A DNA stretch of 64,000 nt from Nostoc sp. DedSLP01. Lineage in GTDB: Bacteria; Cyanobacteriota; Cyanobacteriia; Cyanobacteriales; Nostocaceae. Below are positions 1-9,885 of this stretch, one piece after another. The stretch is from assembly GCA_034530875.2 (NCBI GenBank), contig JAVRCJ020000004.1, positions 224,001-288,000 of the forward strand, read 5' to 3'. A program made the position numbers and the translations under genes. Each line of letters starts with the position of its first letter. Positions within the stretch are counted from its first letter, which is position 1. Below the pieces are notes generated by a model that did not search any database, had not been told where the DNA came from, and was given only the letters and a program-made list of their open reading frames with translations.

Positions 1-1
1 C

Positions 2-148
2 TGTGCATTATACCTGCGGCATAATGCTTCCGAACCTTGGCGATCGTATAAAGAGTTTCCACAATATGTTCTACCCGATCCGCCCGGTTTTTCAGAAGGA
101 TACGCTACATTTTTAGCCCTTCTCAAAAAGAAGTGGCAAGCTGTATGA
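2..148 (+). CDS. 3' end of a small hypothetical protein (partial, runs off window start)
   Basis: Frame 2 is open from the window edge to TGA at 146-148 (CALYLRHNASEPWRSYKEFPQYVLPDPPGFSEGYATFLALLKKKWQAV); below the ORF-track size cutoff. Confidence 0.45.
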   Translation, partial: CALYLRHNASEPWRSYKEFPQYVLPDPPGFSEGYATFLALLKKKWQAV

Positions 149-161
149 GACAGCCAGAATA

Positions 162-285
162 GGCGTTGCAGAACAGGGGGATGAATTTAGGCAGGCTCTT
201 GAAGCAGTGCTTTGCGTATTTTCCCACGCCACTTGCTACGCTACCCCGCGGTAACCGCGAGTCCGCGAGCGTCATTGGTGAATTT
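162..285. repeat. Composite of Nostoc small dispersed repeat fragments
   Basis: GGCGTTGCAGAA at 162 resembles the terminus at 9761; CCCACGCCACTTGCTAC near 223-239 recurs at about 42187-42203. Confidence 0.5.
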
Positions 286-305
286 TGAATTGGTATCACT
301 CCTGT

Positions 306-1130
306 TCAGCTACTTAAACTTTCACGGGTTGTTTTGCGGGTGTAGGCGTTCCAAACATCGAGTTCTGATGCTGGACGGCTGTTAAGCATGGCTTTGGTTG
401 CTTCTGTCAAACCTTGGGCAAGAGTGAAATCTGCCCCAGCAATACTTTGAAGATAGTCCATCTCTGCGTTACTGAGGTCGCTTGCTCGCAAATCTGTACC
501 GCGCAAATCGGCTCCAGTTAACCGAGCATTGCGCAAGCAAGCCCCTGTTAAATAGGCTTTACTCAAGTCAGCACCGCTTAAAGCCGCACCTTGTAAATTA
601 GCTCCAGTCAAGTCAGCGCCGCTGAGGTAGGCTCCCCGCAGATTAGCTCCTTGCAAATCTGCATTGCGTAAAAAAGCTGTATTGAGAAAAGCACCATTCA
701 GACTAGCACCCGGCCCCACTGCTCCTGAAGTCTTGTAGTTATATCCTTCAGGCCATTTTGTCTGTGCATCATAACGCGCTACTTGGAATTTAGCTCCCTC
801 CAAATTTGCACCACTGAGATTTGCTTGTTGGAGGTCTGCACGGTTTAAATAAGCTCCCTGCAAATTCGCTCCACTCAAATCAGCACCCCGCAGGTTAGCA
901 CCTCGCAAGTCGGCTCCACTGAGATTTGCATTACTCAAGACCATTTGGCTGAGGTCGGCTCCTAGTAGCTTGGCTTGACTCAAGTTAGCTTGTCTTAAAT
1001 CAACTCCCCGTAAATTGAATTCGTTCAAGTCTAATTTTTCTAGAGGAAGCCCTGCTTTGAGGGCTGTTAAGATTTCTGGAGTCGGACTGGGGCGTTCTCT
1101 AGTCAGAAATTGAATTTCAGTATTTGTCAT
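306..1130 (-). CDS. Pentapeptide repeat protein
   Basis: Long runs of A(D/N)LxG-type pentapeptides. Confidence 0.9.
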   Translation of the reverse strand: MTNTEIQFLTRERPSPTPEILTALKAGLPLEKLDLNEFNLRGVDLRQANLSQAKLLGADLSQMVLSNANLSGADLRGANLRGADLSGANLQGAYLNRADLQQANLSGANLEGAKFQVARYDAQTKWPEGYNYKTSGAVGPGASLNGAFLNTAFLRNADLQGANLRGAYLSGADLTGANLQGAALSGADLSKAYLTGACLRNARLTGADLRGTDLRASDLSNAEMDYLQSIAGADFTLAQGLTEATKAMLNSRPASELDVWNAYTRKTTRESLSS

Positions 1131-1294
1131 TAGGCGATGGAAGTAGAAGTTTTTGAGTTATTCTACACTTTAGCTAAATTGGGTATTCATCTCATTACTC
1201 AGACTCAAACAAAATACATGTAGGGGTCGGAAATAATTAGCGATACAGAAGATTTTGCGCAGGTATTGTTTTAAAAAACGGGGTTTGAAAATAC

Positions 1295-1876
1295 ATGCAT
1301 ATAATTGCACCTTTGTCAATGATTGACTTCTTTCGTAAGAGCGAAGGCACATGGTTTACAGAGCGTTCCGTTCATCACTTTGACTCAGCCGCAGATGAGT
1401 CGGGTGAGTCGAATTTGATTGTTACAGTCATCGAAAAAGACGATCCTAAAATTCAAGAAGTCTGTAAAGTCCAGGGAATAGATCCTGCTAAAGCAACTGG
1501 GGGTGCTAGCTTTGCATGGCAAGCTAACCTAGACACGAGGCCGCCAAACACCGACCATGCCGCCATTTTGGTTGACATTCCCGACGATGAAACCGGGCGT
1601 TCTGGGAAATTAATCCGCAACCAAGGCTATGTTGAGAGCATTCCTGTTGTCAGCCGATATCGATTTGCTGATGATGGGCTGCTAACGATTAACACTGATT
1701 ATGACAATAACCAGGGACAAGAACGCTGTTGGTTTGTAACGGATGATTTTCGTGTCAGAGTTAGTACCGTGCGAATGATGAACGGAGTTAACCTGATGAC
1801 TTATTGTTCTGAGCGTCGTTGTGTTTCCCAACAAGTTCTAGAGGAAATGCTCGCTCGCAATCATGCTAGGGCATAG
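1295..1876 (+). CDS. cpeU: CpeS/CpcS-family phycobiliprotein lyase, CpeU-like
   Basis: FFRKSEGTWFTERSVHH N-terminus, ERCWF and YCSERR C-terminus; adjacent to pebAB. Confidence 0.7.
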   Translation: MHIIAPLSMIDFFRKSEGTWFTERSVHHFDSAADESGESNLIVTVIEKDDPKIQEVCKVQGIDPAKATGGASFAWQANLDTRPPNTDHAAILVDIPDDETGRSGKLIRNQGYVESIPVVSRYRFADDGLLTINTDYDNNQGQERCWFVTDDFRVRVSTVRMMNGVNLMTYCSERRCVSQQVLEEMLARNHARA

Positions 1877-1986
1877 GGAGTAGGGAATAGGAAATAAGGA
1901 ATGGGGACTGGGTAAACTTTACAATTACCAATTGCCAATCCCTAATCCCTAATCCCCACTCACCACTCCCTACTCCCCATTCCCCA
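1875..1986. repeat. STRR heptamer tandem repeats
   Basis: TAGGGAG/AATAGG and CCCTAAT/CCCCACT runs; similar runs at 2870-2936, 10690-10760, 34140-34300, 35480-35617, 45810-45845, 45993-46012, 49040-49200. Confidence 0.8.
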
Positions 1987-2073
1987 TTAAGGAATGTTGC
2001 TTTGTTTCTAAGAAATGAGACGTGCACGATCCACATCCTTTATTTTCATGCAAGGGTTAATGAGTCATGCTGT

Positions 2074-2802
2074 ATGTATAAGCCTTTCCTGGAATTTTTA
2101 GAAAAAGAGCTATTTGAACGGTTTGATTTACAAAGTAGGGACATTCCCCCTGGTTTGGAATTCAAAGTTAGCGATCGCGGCAGAAACCCAGCAACCATCC
2201 GCAGTTGGTGTCACCAATGTCAACAGTTGCGAAAAATTCGCTATACCTACATCGATGCTGGGGAGAGCGCCCAAATTTTCAACAGCGTGATTTATCCCAA
2301 TTATCATTACGATTTACCTTTGTTAGGGATTGATTTTTTATCCTTTGGTAAAATTAAAAACCTAATTGTCCTTGACTTTCAGCCATTGTTTCAAGACGAA
2401 GATTATCAGAAAAAATACATACTTCCGCTTAAATCTCTACATGACAAATATCCAGATTTGTCGCAAAACTTAGAAATGAAGTTTTACGATGCTAACCAGT
2501 ATTTTTCTAAGTACCTATTATTTGCTAAAACAGATGCTCAAACAGTAGCAACACGAGTTTTTGCAGCGTTCCAGGATTATTTAAACTTGTATTGGCAAAT
2601 ATTAGCTGATACTCAACCGCTTGCAGATCCCGAAGATATCCAGCGGATTGTCAAAGCTCAAAAAGATTATGACCAATATAGTGCAGACCGCGATCCCGCA
2701 TCTGGTCTATTTAGCAGCTACTTTGGTCATGAATGGGCAGAGCGTTTTCTGCATGAATTCTTATTTGAAGATGCTGTGCCTTTAGCAGTTAGTAAACGGT
2801 AA
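2074..2802 (+). CDS. pebA: 15,16-dihydrobiliverdin:ferredoxin oxidoreductase
   Basis: Ferredoxin-dependent bilin reductase motifs (IRYTYIDAG, LDFQPL, YSADRDPA); start moved to ATG 2074 (MYKPF). Confidence 0.92.
   Translation: MYKPFLEFLEKELFERFDLQSRDIPPGLEFKVSDRGRNPATIRSWCHQCQQLRKIRYTYIDAGESAQIFNSVIYPNYHYDLPLLGIDFLSFGKIKNLIVLDFQPLFQDEDYQKKYILPLKSLHDKYPDLSQNLEMKFYDANQYFSKYLLFAKTDAQTVATRVFAAFQDYLNLYWQILADTQPLADPEDIQRIVKAQKDYDQYSADRDPASGLFSSYFGHEWAERFLHEFLFEDAVPLAVSKR
2171..2178. repeat. HIP1 octamer GCGATCGC (example; many copies across the window)
   Basis: Also at 2980, 2994, 3682 and many later positions. Confidence 0.95.
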
Positions 2803-2949
2803 GGGCAGAGGGGCAGAGGTCTATGGCAGGAACCCCTTACGCGGGACGGGGGGCAGAGGGGAAAATTTCTAACTCCTAACTCAGCACTCCTAATTCCCAG
2901 TCCCTAATCCCTAGTCCCCAGTCCCCAGTCCCCAATCTTTATATATCAA

Positions 2950-3693
2950 ATGACACTTTATCAGCCATTTCTCGATTATGCGATCGCCTATATGCGATCG
3001 CGTTTAGATTTACAACCATATCCGATTCCTGAAGGATTTGAATCTAAGGTTGCTACCGTAGGTAAAGGCAAGAACCAACAAGAGGTTCTGACCACTAGTT
3101 ATGCTTTTCAAACTACAAAACTACGGCAAATTCGAGCAGCACACGTACAAGGTGGTAATTCCCTCCAAGTACTGAATTTTGTGATTTTTCCACACCTGAA
3201 CTATGACCTACCCTTCTTCGGGGCAGATTTGGTGACGTTACCAGGAGGACACCTCATCGCCTTGGATATGCAGCCGCTATTCCGAGATGACTCAGCATAT
3301 CAAGCAAAGTATACCCAGCCAATTCTGCCTATTTTCCACGCTCATCAGCAGCACCTAACTTGGGGAGGTGATTTTCCAGAAGAAGCACGACCCTTCTTTT
3401 CTCCTGCTTTTTTGTGGACTCGTCCCCAAGAAACTGTCGTGGTGGAAACCCAAGTATTTGCTGCTTTTAAAGACTATCTCAAAGCTTATCTCGATTTTGT
3501 AGAGCAAGCACAACCTGTAACTGATTTTGAAAGCTTGGCAAATATCGAACAAGCACAACTACGATACCTACGATATCGAGCCGAAAAAGACCCTGCACGC
3601 GGCATGTTCAAGCGTTTCTATGGCGATGAGTGGACTGAGGAGTACATTCATGGCTTTTTATTTGATTTAGAGAGAAAATTAGCGATCGCATAA
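2950..3693 (+). CDS. pebB: Phycoerythrobilin:ferredoxin oxidoreductase
   Basis: [21 protein letters not shown] and [11 protein letters not shown] motifs; follows pebA. Confidence 0.93.
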   Translation: MTLYQPFLDYAIAYMRSRLDLQPYPIPEGFESKVATVGKGKNQQEVLTTSYAFQTTKLRQIRAAHVQGGNSLQVLNFVIFPHLNYDLPFFGADLVTLPGGHLIALDMQPLFRDDSAYQAKYTQPILPIFHAHQQHLTWGGDFPEEARPFFSPAFLWTRPQETVVVETQVFAAFKDYLKAYLDFVEQAQPVTDFESLANIEQAQLRYLRYRAEKDPARGMFKRFYGDEWTEEYIHGFLFDLERKLAIA

Positions 3694-3810
3694 GTAAATC
3701 CACACCAATAAAAAGAACTTCAGCAAATTAATTTATCGATGAAGATTGCCCTCTTCCACGCTGCCTGAAGTTGTAACAGTGACACAATTCTCTAGTTAGG
3801 AGAGTGGCGT

Positions 3811-3939
3811 AAATAAGCTTGAGTTAAGATTTTTTAATAAATAGATGTTAAAGACGCAATAAATAGTTGTTTCCACAAAAGATTGATAATTGTAGAGACA
3901 GCGATTTATCGCGTCTTTTGCCTTAACCTAACCCTATTG
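3811..3939. mobile_element. Degenerate MITE with Nezha-like termini and an internal REP-like inverted repeat
   Basis: AAATAAGCTTGAGTTAAG ... CTTAACCTAACCCTATTG imperfect TIRs; internal AAGACGCAATAAAT / ATTTATCGCGTCTT IR; no clear TSD. Confidence 0.5.
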
Positions 3940-4396
3940 CAAGCGTCCAACCGTTTGCCACGCGTTATGAATGAAACATCGTTAATTTAATCCCTTTACC
4001 GTTGCCTGTGTTTATTAAAAGCACTATTCCATGGGGGAATCGTATTTATACTTAGACAAATGTTTATGTTAAGTTAAATTAACAAAAAGACAAGGTAACA
4101 TAATAATTTTTAATAAAACAAAAGGCATCATCATAGTATAAAAATAATTTGAAAGGCAAAATAACAGTACAAGGTTGATGGGGTGCTGAATCTAGCGGAT
4201 TTTCTGGTCTCTCATATTAAGATGAAGTTTTGTAACAAAAGTTTTAATCCGAAACCCTAGAGATCGTAGACTTATACCTTGGATGTCCGTTATGAACCTT
4301 TCGTAAATGGTCAAGCGGTCTGACATCAAAAAGAAGGCTGAACCATTCAGTTTCGATCAAATAATTCTTAACCAAGCCAATTAGGAGTTTAACGCA

Positions 4397-4918
4397 ATGG
4401 TTTTAGATGCATTTGCAAAAGTAGTTTCCCAAGCCGATACACGTGGGGAATATCTCACCGATGCACAATTGGATGCTTTGAGCGAACTAGTCAAAGATGG
4501 TAACAAGCGTGCAGATGCTGTTAACCGCATTACCAGCAATGCGTCTGCTATTGTTGCTGCTGCGGTACGCGACCTGTGGGCAGAACAACCCCAATTGATC
4601 GCTCCTGGCGGAAATGCTTACACCAGCCGTCGCGCTGCTGCTTGTATCCGCGACTTGGACATCATCCTGCGCTATGTTACTTATGCAATCTTTGCTGGTG
4701 ACTCTAGCGTATTAGACGATCGCGCTCTCAATGGTTTGCGCGAAACCTACTTGGCATTGGGAACTCCTGGAGCTTCCGTTGCAGTTGGAATTCAAAAGCT
4801 CAAAGATGCTTCTCTGAAGATTGTTAACGATCCAAATGGCATCACCAGAGGAGATTGCAGTGCATTAGCAGCTGAAATCGCTAGCTACTTCGATCGCGCT
4901 GCTGCTGCTGTTGCCTAA
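4397..4918 (+). CDS. cpcB: Phycocyanin beta subunit, sulfur-depleted (cpcB3-type)
   Basis: PGGNAYT..RR.AAC.RD and GDCS motifs; RBS AGGAG; only 2 Cys and no internal Met. Confidence 0.97.
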   Translation: MVLDAFAKVVSQADTRGEYLTDAQLDALSELVKDGNKRADAVNRITSNASAIVAAAVRDLWAEQPQLIAPGGNAYTSRRAAACIRDLDIILRYVTYAIFAGDSSVLDDRALNGLRETYLALGTPGASVAVGIQKLKDASLKIVNDPNGITRGDCSALAAEIASYFDRAAAAVA

Positions 4919-5007
4919 TCTAGGCACTGTTGCTCTTGAGTGAAATAATTGTCCGCAAGACAAAACAGAATTTCAACAAAAAAGTTTGTTAAAGGGAAGT
5001 ACCAAAA

Positions 5008-5499
5008 ATGACAAAAACACCTCTAACCGAAGCAATTTCAGCAGCTGACTCTCAAGGCCGTTACCTCAGCAGCACCGAACTTCAAGTAGCTTTTGGTCGT
5101 TTTCGCCAAGCGCCAGCTAGCTTGCAAGCAGCAAAATCCCTGAGCGCTAATGCGTCTCGCTTGACTGAAGGTGCAGCTCAAGCTGTATACAACAAATTCC
5201 CTTACACCACACAACAACAAGGCCCCAACTTTGCACACGACCAACGTGGTAAAGCTAAGTGTGTGCGTGATGTCGGCTACTACTTGCGGATTATCACCTA
5301 CGCTTTAGTTGTTGGTGGCACAGGTCCCTTGGATGATTTCTTGATTTCCGGCTTAGCTGAAATCAACAAAACCTTCGACCTGTCTCCTAGCTGGTACATT
5401 GAAGCTCTCAAGTACATCAAAGCTAACCACGGTCTCAGCGGCGACCCAGCTGTTGAAGCCAACTCCTACATCGACTACGTAATCAATACTCTGAGCTAG
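5008..5499 (+). CDS. cpcA: Phycocyanin alpha subunit, sulfur-depleted (cpcA3-type)
   Basis: [32 protein letters not shown]; 1 Cys and no internal Met. Confidence 0.97.
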   Translation: MTKTPLTEAISAADSQGRYLSSTELQVAFGRFRQAPASLQAAKSLSANASRLTEGAAQAVYNKFPYTTQQQGPNFAHDQRGKAKCVRDVGYYLRIITYALVVGGTGPLDDFLISGLAEINKTFDLSPSWYIEALKYIKANHGLSGDPAVEANSYIDYVINTLS

Positions 5500-5511
5500 A
5501 GTGTTTCTTTA

Positions 5512-5573
5512 GCCCGGAGAGGAAATCAGCTCTTATGACAAAGAAGTTCTATGAGTTGCTTACCTCTCCGGGC
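5512..5573 (+). terminator. Stem-loop after cpcA (partial terminator or mRNA stabiliser)
   Basis: GCCCGGAGAGG ... CCTCTCCGGGC 11-bp stem followed by a T-rich tract. Confidence 0.75.
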
Positions 5574-5668
5574 AGTTTTATTTTCAAAAGACTGTTAACT
5601 GTTAAAAGATTAGAAAAATCCTTTCTAAAAAGTTTTCAGTTTTGTAGTTAAAACTGAGGAGGTTAAGG

Positions 5669-6481
5669 ATGGTAGCTTTGGGACAAGCGGCAAGGCTGGG
5701 AATTGAACCATTTGAAAACTCAGGAGTAATAGAACTACGTCCTGATAGAACAGAAACAGACATAGCAGTAGCGATTCGTGCAGCTTACCGCCAAGTTTTA
5801 GGTAATGCATACCTACTAGAAGGCGAGCGTTTGGAAAGTGCTGAATCATTGCTACGGCAGGGTACAATTTCAGTCCGGGGTTTTGTATTGGCTATTGCTC
5901 AATCGGAACTCTATCGGGAGAAATTTTTCTACTCCAACTCACAAACTCGGTTTATCGAGTTGAATTATAAGCATTTATTAGGTCGCGCCCCAGAAGATGA
6001 GTCAGAAATTTCGTACCATGTTGAGTTATACAACTCAGAGGGTTACGAAGCTGAAATTAATTCTTATATTGACTCATCAGAATATCAAGAAAACTTTGGC
6101 GAAAATATTGTCCCCTACTACAGAGGTTTTAAAAGCCAAGTAGGGAAGAAAAATGTTGGCTACGGCCGGCTATTTCAACTGTATCGGGGTTATGCGAATA
6201 GCGATCGCGCTCAAGGACAAAAACAAGGAAAGCTAACCTGGGAAATAGCTAAGAATCTAGCTTCACCTATCTATCCAGTATCTTCTGGAGCCTTAACTGG
6301 TCTTTCTACAGGGGATCGTGGAGAAGCATATCGCATTAGATTCCTACAAGCAGCTTCTCCCAATTCAGCTGTAGTACGGCGGGGTACTGCCGAGTTGATA
6401 GTTCCCTACGAGCAACTTTCCAGTAAATTGCAGCAGCTAAATCGCAAAGGTAGTAAAGTGATTAGCATCAAAGCTGTGTAA
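5669..6481 (+). CDS. cpcC: Phycocyanin rod linker (CpcC/CpcH-type), no internal Met/Cys
   Basis: AYRQVLGN and [13 protein letters not shown] linker motifs plus C-terminal CpcD-like domain. Confidence 0.9.
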   Translation: MVALGQAARLGIEPFENSGVIELRPDRTETDIAVAIRAAYRQVLGNAYLLEGERLESAESLLRQGTISVRGFVLAIAQSELYREKFFYSNSQTRFIELNYKHLLGRAPEDESEISYHVELYNSEGYEAEINSYIDSSEYQENFGENIVPYYRGFKSQVGKKNVGYGRLFQLYRGYANSDRAQGQKQGKLTWEIAKNLASPIYPVSSGALTGLSTGDRGEAYRIRFLQAASPNSAVVRRGTAELIVPYEQLSSKLQQLNRKGSKVISIKAV

Positions 6482-6715
6482 GTAAAGAATAGAGTTAGAG
6501 GAATAAATATAGAGGCGATTAATCGCATCTATACCGGAGTATGTAAAAGGCTCCAGAGATAGGGAGAAAAGAGCAGAAGCAAAAAACTTTTCTCTCTTAT
6601 TCCCTCGTGCGCCACTCTCGGGGAAGCTAAAGCCACATCTTCTTTATTCTCTAGTCTCTATTATTTGCTTTCCTGGCTAATACCAATTACCTATTACTCA
6701 AGGAGAATTTTCAAG

Positions 6716-7585
6716 ATGACGATTACAACAGCAGCATCCCGGCTGGGAGCAGAACCTTTTATTGGTAGCGCCCCTGTGGAATTGCGTCCAAATGCGACTA
6801 AAGAAGATATAGAAAGAGTAATTTCTGCCGTCTATCGTCAGTTGTTGGGCAACGATTATATATTGGCAGCTGACCGCCTCATCAGTGCCGAATCGATTTT
6901 GCGCGATGGCAAAATCACCGTGCAAGAGTTTGTGCGTCAAGTAGCTAAATCAGAACTCTACAAAAAGAAATTTTTCTACGACAACTTCCAAACTCGCGTC
7001 ATTGAACTCAACTATAAACATTTGTTGGGTCGTGCGCCTTACGATGAGTCTGACGTAGTTTATCACTTAGATTTGTACCAAAATCAAGGCTACGATGCTG
7101 ACATTGATTCATATATAGATTCGCCAGAGTATCAAGCCAACTTTGGGGAAAATATAGTACCTTATTATCGCGGTTTTGAAACTCAAACAGGGCAAAAAAC
7201 CGTGGGATTTAGCCGTATATTCCAACTTTATCGCGGCTATGCAAGTAGCGATCGCTCCCAACTCAAAGGCAAATCTTCTCGTTTGGCTAGCGAATTAGGC
7301 CGCAATGCTGCATCTGCTGTAATTGCTCCCTCCGGCGGTCCCTCAGGCTTTGCTTATGTTGCTCCCGCCAAAGGCGTTACCCCCAACAGTACTTTCGGTG
7401 GTGCAGGAACTTTTGGTAAACAAGGCAGACTCTACCGCGTTGAAGTAGCAGCTGTTTTTGGAGCTGGATATCCTAAGACTCGCCGCGTGAATCAAGCTGT
7501 AATCATACCTTATGAAGAACTATCTAGCTACTTCCAAAGAGTAGTAAAACAAGGTGGTAAAATCGCCAGCGTCACACCACTTTAA
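6716..7585 (+). CDS. cpcC: Phycocyanin rod linker (CpcC/CpcI-type), no internal Met/Cys
   Basis: [11 protein letters not shown] start after AGGAG RBS (ATG 6716); linker motifs; [10 protein letters not shown] end. Confidence 0.92.
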   Translation: MTITTAASRLGAEPFIGSAPVELRPNATKEDIERVISAVYRQLLGNDYILAADRLISAESILRDGKITVQEFVRQVAKSELYKKKFFYDNFQTRVIELNYKHLLGRAPYDESDVVYHLDLYQNQGYDADIDSYIDSPEYQANFGENIVPYYRGFETQTGQKTVGFSRIFQLYRGYASSDRSQLKGKSSRLASELGRNAASAVIAPSGGPSGFAYVAPAKGVTPNSTFGGAGTFGKQGRLYRVEVAAVFGAGYPKTRRVNQAVIIPYEELSSYFQRVVKQGGKIASVTPL

Positions 7586-7699
7586 AGTCATTGGTTATTA
7601 GTCATTGGTCATTAGTCATTGGTTGTTTTTAAGCAACAAACGATAAAACAGAAATGGCAAATGACTAATAAAAACTTGGAATGAATTTTGAGGTGATTT

Positions 7700-7936
7700 A
7701 TGGTCGGACAATTAACTGCTAGTAGTACCAGTAATCGTTACTTCCGCTATGAAGTAGTTGGTTTACGTCAAAATGAAGAAACTGATAAAACCAACTATCC
7801 AATTCGTTCTAGTGGCAGTGTATTTTTCACTGTGGCTGAGAATCGGATGAATCAAGAAATGCAGCGGATTACTCGTTTGGGTGGCAGAATAGTTAACATT
7901 CAGCCATTGAGTTTTGAGTCGAAAACAGATAGCTAA
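7700..7936 (+). CDS. cpcD: Rod-capping linker
   Basis: R.FRYEVVGLRQ..ETDK..YPIR.SGSVF ... RMNQEMQRITRLGG. Confidence 0.95.
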   Translation: MVGQLTASSTSNRYFRYEVVGLRQNEETDKTNYPIRSSGSVFFTVAENRMNQEMQRITRLGGRIVNIQPLSFESKTDS

Positions 7937-7956
7937 GAGAGTAAATCTTCCTTCTG

Positions 7957-8802
7957 ATGAATTCTAATCCGCAGAAAATTGAAGATTTATCTCCTCCAGG
8001 GGACTCACCTGGAGGCGAGCAACTAACTGTAGAACAAGCGATCGCAAATCTCCAAAGTGCAGATTTGGGCTTGCGATTTTATGCTGCTTGGTGGTTGGGT
8101 CGGTTTCGCATATCCGAACCAGCTGCGGTGACACTACTGATTCAAGCTTTAGAGGATGAAGCCGATAGAACGCCAGAAGGCGGATATCCTTTGCGGCGCA
8201 ACGCAGCTAGAGCTTTGGGAAAAATCGGCGATCGCCAAGCAGTAATGCCCTTAATTGCTTGTTTAAGCTGTTCGGATTTTTATGTCCGGGAAGCAGCAGC
8301 ACAATCTTTAGATATGCTAGGCGATAGAGTTTGTATTCCTGGACTGATGGAGCTACTAAAAGCGGGTTTGCAGGGAGAACAACTAAAATCGCAGCAGCCA
8401 GATTTATCCCAACCTTACGACGCCATATTAGAAGCCTTGGGAAGCTTGCGGGCTACTGAATCGATTCCTTTTGTCAAACCATTTTTAGAGCATCCCATAG
8501 AACTGGTGCAATATGCTGCCGCACGAGCTATGTATCAGTTAACCCAAGAACCAGTTTATGCAGAACGCCTGGTAAAAGCTTTGAAGGGTGACAAATTGCA
8601 ATTGCGTCGAGCTGTACTATCAGACTTGGGAGCAACTGGCTATCTACCCGCAGCTGAGGCCATAGCCGAGACTCTAGCAGAAAATAGCCTCAAACTAATC
8701 TCCCTTAAAGGATTGCTAGAACATCAAGTCAATAACACAGCAAATAGCACCTTATCACCAGGTGCGATAAAAGTGATGAATTTGATGGACTCGTTATTGT
8801 AG
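7957..8802 (+). CDS. cpcE: Phycocyanin alpha-subunit PCB lyase CpcE
   Basis: RFYAAWWLG, GGYPLRRNAARALG, ENSLKLISLKG; HEAT-like repeats. Confidence 0.93.
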   Translation: MNSNPQKIEDLSPPGDSPGGEQLTVEQAIANLQSADLGLRFYAAWWLGRFRISEPAAVTLLIQALEDEADRTPEGGYPLRRNAARALGKIGDRQAVMPLIACLSCSDFYVREAAAQSLDMLGDRVCIPGLMELLKAGLQGEQLKSQQPDLSQPYDAILEALGSLRATESIPFVKPFLEHPIELVQYAAARAMYQLTQEPVYAERLVKALKGDKLQLRRAVLSDLGATGYLPAAEAIAETLAENSLKLISLKGLLEHQVNNTANSTLSPGAIKVMNLMDSLL

Positions 8803-8865
8803 TCATAATTCCTTAGCGTGCAGTTGCGATTAATACTTAAATATTAAAGATTAATCGTGCATCAA

Positions 8866-8900
8866 CCCCTAGCTCTAATTTTGTAATTAGGGCTAGGGGG
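8866..8900 (+). terminator. Stem-loop between cpcE and cpcF
   Basis: CCCCTAGCTCTAATT / AATTAGGGCTAGGGG inverted repeat followed by TTT. Confidence 0.5.
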
Positions 8901-8949
8901 TTTATACATCATGCAACTACGGATAACTTAAGCTACAATTGGCTGACCT

Positions 8950-9690
8950 ATGATGACTCGTGAAATGATTATGGATAACAGCGAACTTGCCAAGATATTG
9001 ATTCGTGCTGTAGAAGAAGCAGATTCATCAGATCGCTTGTTAGATGCAGTTCAAGAATTAGCAGCAGCTCGGATAGAGGAATCTGTTCCGACTTTAATTG
9101 CAGCTTTGGGCTACAATAATCCGGGGGCGGCGGTAGCGGCAGTAGATGGATTAATTGCGATCGGAGAACCCGCAGTTGCACCGCTATTAGAACTGATTGA
9201 TGATTACAACTATGGGGCTAGAGCCTGGGCAGTTCGTGCCTTAGCGGGAATTGGGGATTTACGGGCATTGGACACTTTGTTAGAGGCAGCAAAAACCGAT
9301 TTTTCCTTAAGCGTGCGACGCGCAGCAGCTAGGGGATTAGGCACATTGCGCTGGTATCAGCTACCATCTGAAAAACTCGAATCTGTTCAAACTCAGGTAA
9401 TAGATGCGCTAGTATTAATTTCTCAAGATCCAGAGTGGGTGGTGCGCTATGCAGCAGTTACAAGTTTAGAAACCCTAGCAATCGCAATCGCAACTACTTT
9501 ACCTGACCAAGCCTCACGCATTAAAGAGCAACTTCAGCAAATCTTTGATACAGATGCAGATCTCGGAGTTCGTACCCGTGTCAAGTTTGCCCAGCAAAAA
9601 ATTCAGCAGCCACAGCATCAACAAGTATTTGCACTTAAAACAAAACAAGAAGAAACTGAAGTGCCTCATCGTGGAGGAGGCAGACGCTAA
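8950..9690 (+). CDS. cpcF: Phycocyanin alpha-subunit PCB lyase CpcF (true start may be 8965 or 8971)
   Basis: LGYNNPGAAVAAVDGL, YNYGARAWA, SVRRAAARGLG, DPEWVVRYAA. Confidence 0.93.
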   Translation: MMTREMIMDNSELAKILIRAVEEADSSDRLLDAVQELAAARIEESVPTLIAALGYNNPGAAVAAVDGLIAIGEPAVAPLLELIDDYNYGARAWAVRALAGIGDLRALDTLLEAAKTDFSLSVRRAAARGLGTLRWYQLPSEKLESVQTQVIDALVLISQDPEWVVRYAAVTSLETLAIAIATTLPDQASRIKEQLQQIFDTDADLGVRTRVKFAQQKIQQPQHQQVFALKTKQEETEVPHRGGGRR

Positions 9691-9760
9691 TAATTTCTGA
9701 CCTTGCCAATTTCAATTGTCTAGAATACAAATCTGTGGTCAGTGTTTATTAAAAGTTTCA

Positions 9761-9872
9761 GGCGTTGCTGATTTCATGTATGAAAACGATTATGCATGAT
9801 CTCAAAATCCTTGTAGAGACGTTGCAATGCAACGTCTCTACGTATGTATTCATATCCCAATTCAGCAACGCC
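9761..9872. mobile_element. MITE-like element with nested REP palindrome
   Basis: GGCGTTGCTGA ... TCAGCAACGCC TIRs; internal GTAGAGACGTTGCA-A-TGCAACGTCTCTAC at 9813-9841. Confidence 0.75.
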
Positions 9873-9885
9873 AAAATTTCCAGTT

